Assembly (NCBI GenBank): GCA_951804945.1
Contig: OX638157.1
Span: forward strand, 36,456,001 to 36,520,000
Source of the DNA: Podarcis cretensis
Taxonomy: Eukaryota
Reading direction: 5' to 3'
Length of the DNA: 64,000 nt
The notes beneath the pieces are model-generated. The model was not told the DNA's origin and made no database searches. It saw nothing but the letters and a program-made list of their open reading frames with translations. Below, one piece after another: positions 50,212-64,000 of the stretch; positions within the stretch are counted from its first letter, which is position 1; every line of letters starts with the position of its first letter. The position numbers and the translations under genes are program-made.

Positions 50212-53200
50212 CTAGAAAGGAAGGAAGCATACACAGTCAGAAAAAGGAAACTCAGCAAGCCCAAACGATGTATTCATTTTCTTGAAAGCTTTACATATGT
50301 CCTGTGTGTTTTTTAGATAAAGGTGACGCAGCACTACCAGAGAACACTATAGGAGTGTCGCTGACCACTTTTTTTTCTGCAGCAAAATATTCATATCGTA
50401 AAACCTTCGTTGGCATCCCATACAACATCCAAAACAAATCAATAGAGAATTGCCACTTCCCCAGTGGCACAAAACATTTGCTAAAAGAAAGGAGGCAGAG
50501 CAGTCTATCGTCACATCTCTTGGTCTCCAGGGAGATCAGACGTCTGCAGTGTATTTCAACGACAAAAAACCAAATAGAGATATTTAGCCAGCAGCAAAAT
50601 ATTGTTAAATAGCAACAACAAAAGTTTTGGAAAAAGTTACAGTTAAGCAGTCCGTCCACTGTGGATAACACAGGAGAGTGGATGGGACTAAGAACAGAGG
50701 GCAGCGGAAACAGCTCTCTTGACTCATAGTAGGGCCACCGCTGAACACAGAGGCAAAACTATGAAGATACACCTCAGCATCTTCTTCAACGAAAGATCCT
50801 GCCACCTACCTCCGAGCAAAATGTTTGTGGCTCATGCAGGATTTTCCACTTAGATAAGGGGTGCCTAACCTTTTCTGGACAGAGGGTTGTATTCACCTAT
50901 TATCAACCCTCGGGAGTCACATGTTAACGTGGGCACGAACAAAGCACACAACTGGGCACAGTTAATGAGTCTGCCTTCCAAAAGGGTCTCCCAACAGCAA
51001 TTCTACACCGTTTAAAATAATTTATCTTCATTCATTAAATTTGGTTAAAAACCATTTAATTAAAAAAAATGGTAGGTTTTTTTAGGAGGAGGGCCCCAAA
51101 AAATCTTCAGGAGCGGGTGGTCAGGGCTAGCCACCCCTGACTCAGAGCATGATGGATAAGTGCCATTTTCCAGGAATGCTTCCCTTGCTTTCAACTGTAT
51201 TTTTCATCAGTTTTCCCCACCCACTTGATATAGTGCTGTGGTTGCAGTGATCCTTTGATATCATCTGCTATCGCATTGGCAGATACCGTTCTGACACCTG
51301 AAAAGCAGCACCTTCATAAAGCACAAGTTTAATACTTACGAGTCATAGACACTATTTGGTGTGAAAGAATGATTTGCCTTGTGCCCCAGTGAGGCACAGT
51401 ATTTAGCTGCGTGGTTATAGGGTTCTGGTACATCTATGACTGTTTCGTCATCAAGGGATATTGTGTTTCCATTCAGAGCCCAGTCCCTGCCATCCACCTA
51501 AAACAGACATTGTTGCAGTGTCAACTTTGTGTTTTTGTCAGACTGAAGATACAATGCAGATTTTTCTTGTGTTATATGCTTTAAAGGAGAGAGACCAGTG
51601 GTATTCAATCACGCTTGCAAGTACAGTCATACCTCAGGTTAAAGGTTAAGTCTTTTCAGGTTGCACCCCACGGCAACCCGGAAGTACCAGAAAGCGTTAC
51701 TTCTGGGTTTCGCCACTTGCACAGATGCGCAAAATGACATCATGTGCATGCGCAGAAGCTGTGAATTGTGACCTGTGTGTGCGCAAACGCAGGTTGCGTT
51801 CCTTTCAGGTTGCGAATGGGCCTCTGGAACGGATCCCATTCGCAACCAGAGGTACCACTGTACTCTATTAGGAAACAAATTTAAGAGAAGGAAAACATGC
51901 CACTCCAATAGTCCTGACCATAGTAAGTTTCCTTAACTTCTTGCCCTTTCTGCTTCATTACCTCTGCACAATAAAAATCAGTTTTACAGCAGACTTGTGG
52001 CATACCTACTGAAATCTGTAATCGAGTAAACAAAATCATCCTTAATTTTCTAAGGCTTGCTGGACTGATATTAAAGAAACTGAGAAGCAAGATACACTTT
52101 TAACAAGACAATTCTCTGTAGGGAACCTTTGGATGTTCAAATACTTGTCAGATCCCATAATGACTACAGGATCCTTGACCATGCATTATATGACACTTTT
52201 TTTACCTAATCCTGATGAATACTGAAGCATTTTTGAAATAACAAGGTGAACAAGCAACAAAAATGTTTCCAAAAAGGAAGTGTTTCAGAAGTAGCAATGA
52301 AAAGTTCTCACTTCACTTTACCTCCTGGTGTGTAATTCGTACGCCATTGTAAAAGGACATAACTGTGCCAGCCTCAGCAGATACTTTAGTAAATAACCCT
52401 TCTCCTGCGCTGGAAATGAGAGATGCATCTACATATACCCTGATGAAAGGAAAGAGTAAAAAGAAGGTACAGTGTCATTATTACTACTCTGTAATACACT
52501 AATATTTTTAGAAAACTATTTTATTAGTTTATGTAAATTTAAGATTATGTAAATTTAAGATCATTAATTTTGGGCCATGGGAAGAAATACTAGCACAGGT
52601 GTCAAATGTGACAAAGCCTCTGTGTTTAGAAAAAAGGAAAAGTGTATCAGCGCTTTGTCCAACAAAATGCAGAGTCCCATCAAGTTTCTGTCCCTGCCAA
52701 ATCCTGATTATGTATATTGAGGATCATCTTCTGAACAGCCAAAGAAAAGTATTGCAATGTTTTTTTGGGCGGGGGGTGGGTGGAGAAACAGTTATTTGTA
52801 GCCACAGAGATATATTAAACAAAGAAATACTTTAGTACAGTATCACAGTTTTTCACTACTGTACTTAAAAATTCATTTAAAAATCACTTTTAGAAGAAAT
52901 ATAAAAGTTTCCTCCTAATAGTTACAGATTTTTCATACCAATTCATGTTTTTAGGAAAACATTTCAATTCAATTAAGCTCATGCAAGATAACCATCAAAT
53001 TAATGAGCTAATATGATGTCATTTGCACACAAGTAGTTCTGTTTGCAATTCAAAGGAATAAAGTGTTGCTGAATGCTGTCTTAAAATGCAAAGCAGAACA
53101 ACTAAATTGTTTCTTTGCAAATATTTAAGAAAGGGGGCAAAATGATACACATAAATTATTCTACCTCTCCGATTCATAAGGATCAGGAAGAAGTGCATTT

Positions 53201-56200
53201 GTAGAAATGCAAGATGAAGTAGATTTATCAAAACTGTATACTGGGCCTAAAAACAAAGCAAAACAAAACAAAAAAAGGACACAAATTAACGGACAATCAA
53301 GATGAAGATGCAGGTCTCTCTCTTATTAAAGTGTTATGCATTCAACACACCATAAGGAAATTAAGTTTTTAAAACAAGACAGCAAAGATATTGTATTTAG
53401 GTCTGTCTACTATATAATAAAACAGTGCTCTGCATAATTTTTTTTCACCATTTTCATTTCTCCTCAAAACTGCAAGCAGTATTCAGTCACCTTTGTAACA
53501 AATATGAGTTCAGGTTTATACATGCTAGAAATAATGTTTCCCAACAGTGCTTTAACATTATATTTCCCCCCTGAATATGTAAAACCAAGTTTAAAATGTA
53601 TGCACCCCACATCAACGATGTGTGGTCAGTGCATATTATCACCAACACTTTTCCTTAACAAAATCAAAAGCAGCAGCAATTGATATAGACCTGGGACCCA
53701 ATTTCATTACCTTTTACCAAAGGAAGTGGAAAGTAAAATGTGTCTCAACTGATATATGGTATTTATACTTTGCATACCAGGTCCAAATTCAAAATGTAAT
53801 GTGAAGCAACCCTAAACTACCATCCCTTATATTTCTTCTGGCTCGGAGTGTACAACCCGCTCCAATCCATTTTGTCAACACACCATGGCAGCTCTAATTT
53901 TAGTAATTCTATCTTGCAGAGTGGAGGGCATTGGCACAAGAACAAAATTGGAGCAATGTGAAAAAAGAAAAAACTGAAAGCATTGTTTGCTCAAAGTTAT
54001 CTTCAAAATGGTGTGTGGAAGCCATGCTACACAACACCATTTTGCACATCAAGGAGAACTTACTGCCTGGCAGCACTTCAAATTGTGGCTTCCCCTCTTC
54101 TACGGATACAAGAGTTGCCAGCTTTGCTTCCAACATTTCACCATCTATGAAGTGTCCATAATAGGCCATCTTCCCATCAGGGTACACATAGGCTATCTTC
54201 TCGCCAGTCATCTCTCCCTCTTCATTAACTTCTCCAACCAGATGTCCACCATCCTGAATGAGAAGCATTAATATTGGTACAATAAATGCTGCACCTTTTT
54301 AAGAGGGAAATGTTTATGTGTGCACACACATTTTTGAAACCTTTCAATAGCAACACAGATATTGCACTGCATCCAACTAACTTTTTCTCAGAGAAGACCC
54401 ATTGAAATTAATGGACCAAAGCTAATCATGTCAATGAGTCTACTCTGGGTATAATTTAGATGGATACCACCCAAAAGTAACAACTGTGCTAATCAAAATA
54501 CATCTATAATATTTTTGTTTCATAGGTACCAGCTGCAGCTTAGGTTCTTTAAACCTCACTTCCTGCTGCCTCTTATCTTTTGCTACCCTGTACAGATCTC
54601 AGTGAGTTGTGTTTATTCCAGCAATCCAGTTCTGCTATAACAAAGCCCTGTATAAATCCAGGGTATTTCTACAAAAAAGGGGGGTGAGGACTCTTCCAAA
54701 CAAATTGCAGCCAAATTAACCATAAACCAAGTAAAATAACTGAACAGTATTCTTTAGCTCTTCAATCCATAAACATATAGATGGATAAATAAACAACTCA
54801 CAGAGGAAATGTGTTTTTTTTGGGTTTTGTGAACCAAAGATAAAAATTTTAAGGCCTTGTTAGAGATCCATTAGAGATTCATCTCTAAGATTTTGACAGC
54901 CTGTTCACTATTTTATTGAAAAGCACAGAACAGACACTTCTCTGAACAGGTTCTTTGCATCTCTAGTCATGCCTAGTAAGTTATATATATATTTTTAACT
55001 TCCCAAGATTATCCAGTTAAATGCTGATATTTATAAACACACATTTTACACAGAAGTCACCTTGACCTCCCTCCTTTGGGGGGCTGGGGGCTGGGGAGGA
55101 CAGCAAAAATATAGATGTTTAAAAGCACACTGAATCCTTTTTTCTGGCTTCCGAGTTCAGAACATTTTGTTACAGCAGACTGATGTCTAAAGCATGTACA
55201 TAGTTACTATTCAGTATTTATTTAGGCAAAGTGTCACTAGCTTGAGTGGCCTGAATAGAGCTATTCATTTGTGAAAGCCAGAAGCAACCCTGCTATAATG
55301 GTTCTAAATTAAAGACAATAGAGAACTATGTTCAGCAAAGTATTTATGAAGAAAAGCACCCCTCTTAGAATGGAAAGTAAAACCCACAAAGTCCCCCACA
55401 GGTTTGACTTAAATCTTTAAAAAGATGCACATGGCTGAGAAAGGCACATGGTGTGTTTTACTCTCATGTACACAGTTTGCACACAGCAGCAACTTGTGGA
55501 AGGCAAATGTATCTTACCATGCTGCATCTGCATCCAAATTATGAGAAGCCACAACCACCACAAATGTGAAAAGGATTGCTAGGATTCCGGCAGGCTGACA
55601 AATCACAACCCTTTGCTCTCCTTTGCAGGTGGAAGTTATGCAGCCCAGCTGCCTCTCTCAGCAACACAACAGGATTTGTCTTCCCCATGTGTCAGATATC
55701 ACTTCATCCCCTACTTGGCTGCCATACCTCCCCATTTAGGTTTATAACTCATTTCCCACCTTGCATATTTGAAAAAGTCCAACGTACTTACAGGGTAGTA
55801 TATCCAACAAATCCCACATCGAATATTATCTTTGTATTGCCCTTTGAATATCAGTCGCCCATCAGCATCATATTCCTGGGCTGGCCCATTTAGTTCTCCA
55901 TCTACGTAAGTGCCATGAAGAGCCCCTCCATCTTCATATGTATATACACCCTGGCCTTGCAGAGCATCATCCACATAATAGCCTTCTAATGTGCTGGTAA
56001 CGAGAAAAGGGTAGGGCACAGGGATCAAGAGTATCTAGGTTATTTTGCGAAATGTTCTCAAAGTAAAAATGTCTCATTACCTTAAGGACACTCTCCCCAC
56101 AATGCAGAACTGCTTGGGCTTCAACATCAGCCTCAGCCACTTTGCCTTCTGTACCATCATCTCAGGTAAGTGAGCAACCGGACCTTCTTGCTAGTGGCCC

Positions 56201-57527
56201 AGTGACTCTAGCATTCTGTACCTGCAGAGGTCTGTCAGGCTCCCTCTCTGGTTCATTTTCATCACAAGTTGAAAACATTTCTTTTCTGGGCAGCCTTTAA
56301 CATCTCGAGTTTTACTGTCGCTGGCTTTATATACTTGCAGATCACTGCTCATAATCTCTTTATGGAAGTGTTTAAAATGTGTGTTGCTTTTTAATTTGAT
56401 TTTTAAAAAATGTTTTACTGGAGGCTAAACCCCTGCTTGCTCTGCTTACCAACCCACCTGCCATTCCCCCCACATTAACACTTTAGCGCTTCCCCCTTCC
56501 CACCCCATGCAACTATTAAGCTTGATTTTCCCTCTCCCCAACCCCCTTTCTGATACCACTTCTCTCTTCTAGAGTGCAATCCCACTTTGTCCCCCTGTTT
56601 TCACCTTCACCTCCATGCTTATGCCTCCCCCACCTTTTGTGCAAGCTCCCTTGCACACAACCCCCCCCCCGATAACCTCATATTATACATCTCCCATAGA
56701 TTGTATTGCTAACTGCCCTTTTTAGCTTCTGCCCAATTATGAAGTCACTATCCCCTGCATTCTTCAGACTCTTTCATGTCAGTTTTCATGTTCAACCCCA
56801 TTCCGATGCCACCTGCTTCCTCCTTTCTTGCACCCCCATTTTCACCATCACTCCCTTTCTACCTCCATCGCCTCCTTACTTTTCTGAACTGTCCCTTGCA
56901 CACGGATTACCCCCATTTCCAGACTTCATCCTCTCTCCTGTTTACAGTCTCCCTTGTGTGCACGCCCCATGCTATTACTGTATGTTTAAGGTGACTAGAA
57001 CCTTAAGAGCAAGCCTGTCAGTTATCTTGCTCAGTTAGAGAAGGTTACATCCGTTGATGGATGCTGTACATATAATTACTATACTGGACATGGAGCTTTG
57101 TGTTGAAGACAACACATGGTACCAGGAGTGAAATACATTGCGGGAAGGTACTATGGAATGTTTCAGGGCTCTAATGAGGCAGCTGAGGAATGGAAGAGGG
57201 AGAAGTTTTCAGTGTCTCTCCCTTCTTGCTCTACTCAAACAGCATTAGCAGAGTGAACTGCAAGGGTAAGGTATGGTAGGAGACGTATTAACTTTGTCTT
57301 ATTTTCACAATCATAGTCTGGGGGGGGGGGAACAAAGTTATAAAAATATTTGAAGTATTAAGCAAACAAAAAAAGCTATACCCAAAGGAATGCCTACCTT
57401 CCATCAAAGAAGAAGAACTTTCCACGGCCATTCTTCTCTCCATGCACAAAGTTCCCCTCAAATCTGTCTGTGGAGGAGTATGTGACCGTACAGAACCCGT
57501 GCGGCATCCCATCATCATCGAGTGCAC
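50031..57527 (-). CDS. SETD7: Histone-lysine N-methyltransferase SETD7 (SET7/9), coding exons 2-8; exon 1 not found in window
   Basis: complement(join(57527-57398,55993-55792,54253-54064,53246-53165,52439-52322,51497-51340,50211-50031)); lengths 130/202/190/82/118/158/181, GT-AG introns. MORN repeats ([24 protein letters not shown]) and SET motifs HKANHSF and ELTVAYGY; C-terminus ...FQATQKK*. Confidence 0.97.
51340..51497 (-). CDS. SETD7: SETD7 exon 7
   Basis: gttttag|[52 protein letters not shown]|gtaagt. Confidence 0.95.
51624..51860. mobile_element. Tc1/mariner (Tigger-like) MITE
   Basis: TA|CAGTCATACCTC...GAGGTACCACTG|TA; same family as 4358-4590. Confidence 0.85.
52322..52439 (-). CDS. 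SETD7: SETD7 exon 6
   Basis: ttcatcag|[39 protein letters not shown]|gtaaag. Confidence 0.95.
53165..53246 (-). CDS. SETD7: SETD7 exon 5
   Basis: tttttag|(S)[26 protein letters not shown](R)|gtagaa. Confidence 0.95.
54064..54253 (-). CDS. SETD7: SETD7 exon 4
   Basis: cattcag|[26 protein letters not shown]...EVLPG|gtaagt. Confidence 0.95.
55792..55993 (-). CDS. SETD7: SETD7 exon 3
   Basis: ttaccag|[15 protein letters not shown]...GICWIYYP|gtaagt. Confidence 0.95.
57398..57527 (-). CDS. SETD7: SETD7 exon 2
   Basis: ttattag|(G)[42 protein letters not shown](S)|gtaggc. Confidence 0.95.
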
Positions 57528-58541
57528 CTAATAAAAATTGAAAAGAGGCCAGTGAGACCAAGATAATGATACTGCAAGAGTTCATTCAGATGTACCTTCA
57601 TGTTGATTGGACGTGGGGTTTTCTGCTTTAGCACAAGCTCCGACTCCTAACTCAGCCTCTGTTCCTCTACTGCTGCACAATCCTGGCTCAGACATCAGCA
57701 TGGATTACTGCCTTTACCCTCCATGCTTTGGCCAAACTACTCACTTTTAAGAAACCTTGTTTTCAGATAGCCAGCATATTTATTAACTTAATTGTTTCTT
57801 TGTCCTTCCCCTTCTTAACTTAAAACACTATTCTGGATGTGGGGGCTGAAGAACAGTTGTGCAATTGCCCTAAGAACTAGCCAGCCAGTGTTCTGCGTAG
57901 CTGGGAAGCTTCAAGAACTTATTCACACACCGACACACCAAGTACAGTACAATAGAACCATGTCAAATTCACAAAACAAAATACATGAAGAGTGTACATA
58001 TACAGAAACATAATGCAGTATAAAAATAAATAAGATCAGAGTGCTACAAAGTAGTATAATGCAAAATTCCAAACACCACAATGCATACACAATCATTTGT
58101 CCAAGTTCACTCACCTCCATTTCACATAAAATTCACTACCTCAAACATTACCATCTATACAAAAACCACTCATACCCAACAATATCACAACTCACATACA
58201 AAGGGTCACTGCCAAGCATATATATAAAATACACTCCTAATGTCTGAAGCACTCATGAACTCATGCCCCACTCCCATGGGACAATCTAATTCTCTTCTCC
58301 CATCTCTCACCTGAGAAGGGTCCAGATCTATACCAGAGCAGGTTTTCACCCTGAAGGGTACAGAATCATAACACATGTCTTCTGTTTTTATTTTATATTT
58401 GTTGTATCATTGAAAACAAACAAATAAATATTTAAAGAATAACAGGTGTGGTACTGCACAACCTCAACATCTGATAAAGAACCATCAGCACTGGTAGCAT
58501 CACCCTCACACTCAAGGTGCCCCTTAACGTCACCATCACCT

Positions 58542-58680
58542 CATAGAACCATAGAATTCTAGAGCTGGAAGGGACCCTGAGGATCATCTAGTCCAACGCT
58601 CTGCAATGCAACTGTCCCATATGGGGATCGAATCTGCAATCTTGGCATTATCAGCACCATGCTCTAACCCACTGAGCTAA
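58542..58680 (-). mobile_element. tRNA-Ile-derived SINE with CR1-type tail
   Basis: Reverse complement TAGCTCAGTGGGTTAGAGCATGGTGCTGATAATGCCAAG...TTCGATCCCCATATGGG (degenerate tRNA-Ile), then ...TTCCAGCTCTAGAATTCTATG. Confidence 0.78.
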
Positions 58681-61368
58681 GCCACTAGTCCCCAAATTGT
58701 TGCAGCCAGCCAGATGCTAGGCTCTCTCCCTCTGCACCAGCAACTTGGCCTGGTTATATGTGATGAGTCAACTCCCATCATTATTTAGCGTCAGCTATAA
58801 CTCAAAGTCATGCCTGACATAGTTTCCTTGAGTACAGGAAATTCCATAGCCTGTATGGGCCATGCCACCAGTCTGCAGCAGAAGGAAGGGATGTAGGGCT
58901 ACTCTGTCGCCCTGGTGAGGGGCCAAATCCATCGCATCTCCCTTCTCTCATCTGGCAACAGCTGTTTCGTGAAGCTGCAGCAGGAGACTCCATCAGTTCT
59001 GCTTAGAGACCAGCTGTCATCCTTTGCACTAGCAAATGCACTACAGTGAGGAGAACTACAGCTAGTTTTGCTAAGGAGCTGCTGCAGTGTTTATTAGTTG
59101 TCCTTCCCCAGTGCACAGCCTGGTCATACAAAACCAGAAACCCTAACCCCAACCTGCAGCACCACAAAACTTGGGATACATGTGAGGAATGTGTTTTGAT
59201 CCACATGTATCCTATATGCTTCTCATACTTGAGACAACTGTTCGCTCATGAAATGGTTAACGTTCTTGAGGAGAAGAAATAAGAACCAATCAAGCTTCAA
59301 GCATTTTTACATGCGTTCAAATATCTGTCTTCACAGTTTGTGACAGACAGCAAAAGCACAGGCTGTTTTAGAAGACTCTTACAGGGACTCCAGTACTGGT
59401 ACTTGGCTGATCTGTAGGAATGGGTCGCACAAGCCATCCAAGAAAGCATAAATTGTGTAACTGTCAGTCCTCAGGCAAAGCTCACTTGTAACTTTATATC
59501 AGTCTGCAGTGGCTGAACCGAACTTGACATTTGTTCCACACAGTCTCGTTCAGACCACTGAATTATTTTTTTCCATTTTGCTTTTTAGCAGGCTTGGAGT
59601 CAGCCTCTTAGGCTGTGTACACATTATCGTTTACTCTGGAACCACTGTGATCTCACCACTGGTGTCTGAACCCATGTGCAGATGGCCACAATCTGTCTCC
59701 ATCCTATAGTTTATTGAGAAATACTGCTATATGCTTTATTAATACTGCAGATAAGCTGGTGTGTACATCTGAGAAGGAAGATTGCACAGCAAAAGTGGCC
59801 ATGGCATGGGAGCAAGAAGGGAGAGAGATTGAGAGGGAGGAAAGGAGTGATTGAAAACTTTTAAGTTAATGGGTATATAGCCTTAGTTAAGGAGCAAATT
59901 CGAAACCTTGATCAGATTTTGCTTAAAGCCTCTGGAACTCAAGATCATAACAGATACAAGATAGTAACAAGCTGGGTGGATGAGAACAAAGGGGCCTGCA
60001 GGCAATCAAATGACACTTCCATGTCAAGGTGTAGAGACTGACGCAAGCTGCACTGATAAACTAAGGATGAGTGAGCCCAAACAGCCATGACTGTCATTCT
60101 GCTGTTTTAATCTCATCTCTGCAAATAATGATACTCACTGTTGAACTATACACACACCAGAATGTATTTCCTACCCGAGAAGGAAATAACTGAATTCTGT
60201 GTTTGCAGCAAGAGGAAAGTGTGGTGAGTTGAACATTCAGAAACAACATTATTATTTTTCTTATTACAGCCAATGAAAGTCAGTAAATTATGTTTATTCT
60301 CAAAACACGCACACGCACACACACTTCTAAAGTCTTCTGCAGTAGCAGAAGGAGCAGAGTGCTTAGGACACACTTTGTAATTAATTACACTAGTGTAACT
60401 TCCTAAAACCTGTTGCACACCAGCACTACTGCAATGCCATACCACCACCAAAGGCAGATATACTGCTGTTCATGTTGAAGGCTGGGGCTCTACAATAGCT
60501 CAAAATGGTTTTGAATCATTAGTAATTAAGAAGCTCACTTACACATATAAATACTTATATAAATTCTCACAAATGGAAGCTTCCCTTTCCCAGCTTAAAA
60601 CTGCAGCTGCAAAAAAAGAGAGTTTTGCGAGGTGAAATGATGGAGTAGGGTGGGTGGAATGGCAATCTTTAAGAGTTGGATAGGGTCACAGAAAAACAAA
60701 ATTCACTCTGATATGGGCAACTTAGGGCCACTTGGTTTCTGAACTAAAAAACAACAACTGATTTTAAGAGTCTTGGTGATGTCACAAAGGCATCATTTCC
60801 CATGACCTGCATAATTATTTTATTTTGGCCCACTATTTAGATTTTTTAAAAATGAACAGAGGTTGCATAAGTGTCTATTATACCACTGGGGGGGGGGGGA
60901 GCCTGAATCCAGCTTGAATAAGCCAACACTGCATTGACTTGCAGACAGAGATTTTGTGTATGGGGTAGGGGGATGCACAGGCATGCACACATTTGAAATA
61001 ATTTCTTCTTCTGCCCCACCTGTTGTAAGGCCAGTATCAGGTTTCTTACCAGGACACTTTCAATACACCCAACTGCCCATCAACCCTTCCACATTTCCAA
61101 CTCTGCTGTCACTTCTGCAATTTTGTTGCACTTCTGAATCAAATCCTGTTGACTAATAAAGCTCTCCTGGCAAGAATAGAAGACAAGGAGGAGCTGCCAG
61201 GGTCCAAACCAAATGGAAATGTTAAGGATTCCCAAATTAGTCAATGATCCCAAGGTTCAGATCTACACTACAGAAAGAATGCTCAAAACATATATATATT
61301 ATGACATATATTATATGTAAGTTGTTGAAGCAAGCTACATATTACTATAATACTTGAAATTACAAAAT

Positions 61369-61428
61369 TCCTGTTAGGGAGAAATCCTGTTAGGGATGAC
61401 ATTTCTCCTGTTAGGGAGAAATGTCATC
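61369..61428. repeat. Triple 12-mer repeat with a perfect 14-bp hairpin
   Basis: TCCTGTTAGGGA at 61369, 61385 and 61406; stem GATGACATTTCTCC (61395-61408) / GGAGAAATGTCATC (61415-61428). Confidence 0.85.
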
Positions 61429-62287
61429 ATACTAATACAAGTATTGTCCTAATAGGGCTTTAGGGATTTTTCTAATGGGTCAGTATGGTTACCTTTACTT
61501 TCTGTATTCATGTGTAAGTGCTTGAAACACAAATAATTAAATATTTACAAAAGACAACATCTTTCCACAGCTCCAATCACTATGTTTTTAGATCACCAGC
61601 ACTCAATACAGTATCCCACAATTTCTATCCTAAAGTTTGCCACAAGGATCTGGAGTGGAAATAGAATTTCAAATTGGTAATTTTATAAATCAAAATTGAG
61701 TTTCAGCTTCAGTGCTGCTCATTTTGCTTTCTGGCCCCTATTTCTTCTACCAAATCCCTCCTATAGGCAGAACCTCTGCCTTAGCTTGCACAGATGACTG
61801 TAACCCCAGTACAATTGTTCAAGCAGCTCTGTTCTGCTTTTATTTGTTAGAGAACAATAGAGCTCATTTTCACAGCATTTATTTTTTTCATAGGAAAAAA
61901 AATGCTTCAAAATACAGCTGCAGTCCCACCCACAAACCGTGCACAGGCAACCCCCGCATAGGTTTCAATGGAATTTACACATAACTAGGGGCAGAATTCA
62001 ATAATGAATTGAGTTACTCCTTGGAATTTAAGTGATCATTTAAATGTAGTCAACATAGGAATTAAGTCAGCGGCAGCCAAGCATACTTCACACTGGACTA
62101 AAGAGAAAATCTCTGGCCGCCAACACCATTATAATTTCCAAATTTAATAGTGCCAGGTTTACAACATAGCTGCTCACTTGCACGCCAAGAGTGAAGCAAT
62201 CCATACAATACACTGCATTGATTCTACATGCCACACTAGAACTACGTGGATCCTTTCAGGACCAAAATCTATGGACATAACACAATA

Positions 62288-62844
62288 TAGCATCTAGATC
62301 AAGGGAAGTAATAGTGCCACTGTATTCTGCTCTGGTCAGACCTCACCTGGAGTACTGTGTCCAGTTCTGGGCACCACAGTTCAAGAAGGACACTGACAAA
62401 CTGGAACGTGTCCAGAGGAGGGCAACCTGGTCAAAGGCCTGGAAACGATGCCTTATGAAGAATGGCTAAGGGAGCTGGGCATGTTTAGCCTGGAGAAGAG
62501 GAGGTTAAGGGGTGATATGATAGCCATGTTCAAATATATAAAAGGATGTCACATAGAGGAGGGAGAAAGGTTGTTTTCTGCTGCTCCAGAGAAGCGGACA
62601 CGGAGCAATGGATCCAAACTACAAGAAAGAAGATTCCACCTAAACATTAGGAAGAACTTCCTGACAGTAAGAGCTGTTCGACAGTGGAATTTGCTGCCAA
62701 GGAGTGTGGTGGAGTCTCCTTCTTTGGAGGTCTTTAAGCAGAGGCTTGACAACCATATGTCAGGAGTGCTCTAATGGTGTTTCCTGCTTGGCAGGGACTC
62801 GATGGCCCTTGTGGTCTCTTCCAACTCTATGATTCTATGATTCT
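62288..62844 (+). mobile_element. Young 5'-truncated CR1 LINE with 6-bp TSD
   Basis: [18 protein letters not shown] motif; ORF 62448..62774 (LGMFSLEKRRLRGDMI...WNLLP...FKQRLD); (ATTCTATG) tail; TSD ACAATA at 62282-62287 and 62845-62850. Confidence 0.93.
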
Positions 62845-63329
62845 ACAATACTATTTCCAGGAGTAGTGTTCAAAGACGAATATCCAAAGTTGAAAAACTA
62901 TGCCACTGTCCAGAAAGATTAAAGGGAAAAAACCCCGAACATCTATCTACCCTTTCTAACAATTTCCAAGTGATACACATTTTAATATTTTCCATAGATG
63001 TGGATCTATAATATTATTGAATGGCCAAAAAGCAGGAAATTAAGAAACCAGGGCACTAAAGCTAGTCAAGCTTTGCCATTTTAGCCATGCATCTTTTCAC
63101 ATTTCATAAAGCCCCAGATCAATAAATCAAGCAATGATAGCATCATGAAAAGGCTCAACTTCATTAAGCCTTTGTGGTTGCTGAAAACATTTTTGACAAT
63201 GCAAATTGTAATTACATTGCTAGAATGCATTATAGGTGGGCCTGACTTTGAAAGACAGTTTCAGCTGGTGCAGAAAATGTTGCTAGATTATTAATAGGAA
63301 CCAAACATATATAACGTTGGTTCTGGCAT

Positions 63330-63560
63330 GACTGCACTGGCTTCTGGGCTGAATTCAAGGCTCAGGACCTTGCAGAACATCTCTACCCATATGAGTCTGT
63401 CTGGAGGCCTTCCTGGAAGTGTCCCCTTGCAGGAGTACAGAAGCTGTTAGAGGGTCTTCTCAGTAGTGACTCCCCTATTTATGCAATGCTATCCCTAGGA
63501 AGGCTCACTTGGAACTAAGATATTATCAGAGGCAGGCAAAAACTATTATTTACTCCCAGG
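63330..63560 (+). mobile_element. Degenerate L2 fragment
   Basis: LHWL motif followed by remnants of the ...FSVV.P.LWN-like region. Confidence 0.5.
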
Positions 63561-64000
63561 CATTTTATTGTTGATGTTTTCTCATCTCCTGCAGGGGTGG
63601 GGTTGTTTTTCACCCAGTTTGTTGTTTTTAATATTATAGTGGTACAAGTGGCTGAATATCTTAACTTTTTTGATACTTATGTGTCTTTAGAGTAGTCTTG
63701 GGTTTTATTGCATGTACTTTTCTGTATCCTTTTGATGCAAGTGGCCTTAAGACCCTTGTGGTGAAACACAATTAATGAATAATTTAATTATTATCCTTAG
63801 AACAGAGAAAGATTGTGCAAGCATTCACATATTTTCAACACTCGGTCAAATTGTGGAAAGACCCCCACCGGCCCCTCAACCACACATTTGCCTAGGAGTG
63901 GGGAACCTGTAGCCTTCCAAATGTTGAACTACAACTCCCATCATTCCTGTGGGCTGCTGCTTAGGGGAGCTGTTGTCCCACAACATCTGGAAGACCACAG

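Noticed and set aside
61369-61450. Interstitial telomeric repeat (TTAGGG occurrences)
   Set aside because: The hexamers are not in tandem array; local duplication explains them
62448-62774. 108-aa ORF as a host gene
   Set aside because: C-terminal fragment of CR1 ORF2 in a 5'-truncated copy
57528-64000. SETD7 exon 1 (MDSDDE...)
   Set aside because: No matching exon or CpG island found in the window; presumed beyond 64000

Overview
Eukaryotic (vertebrate) genomic DNA. The repeat content (Sauria SINEs with (ACCTTT)n tails, a Squam3-like CORE-SINE, young CR1/L2 LINEs, palindromic MITEs) points to a squamate reptile, probably a lacertid lizard. The window covers the conserved NAA15-RAB33B-SETD7 block: the last 13 coding exons of NAA15 (+, 2295-16754), the complete two-exon RAB33B gene with a CpG-island promoter (+, 20433-22615), and SETD7 coding exons 2-8 (-, 57527-50031; exon 1 was not found and is presumably beyond the window). 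Between RAB33B and SETD7 I reconstructed a complete six-coding-exon gene on the minus strand (33795-26875) that the ORF track shows only in fragments. It encodes a 224-aa four-transmembrane CD20/MS4A-like protein with an ITIM-like motif and a C-terminal PPPY/YxxM motif, and I know of no counterpart at this position in human. Other points of interest: a Penelope-derived minimal hammerhead ribozyme motif in sense orientation downstream of the SETD7 stop, an inverted pair of near-identical Sauria SINEs bracketing NAA15 exons 10-18, and several informative transposon insertion scars. There is a 140-N assembly gap at 17707-17846. All coordinates were read by hand. Exon numbering follows my recollection of the human genes.
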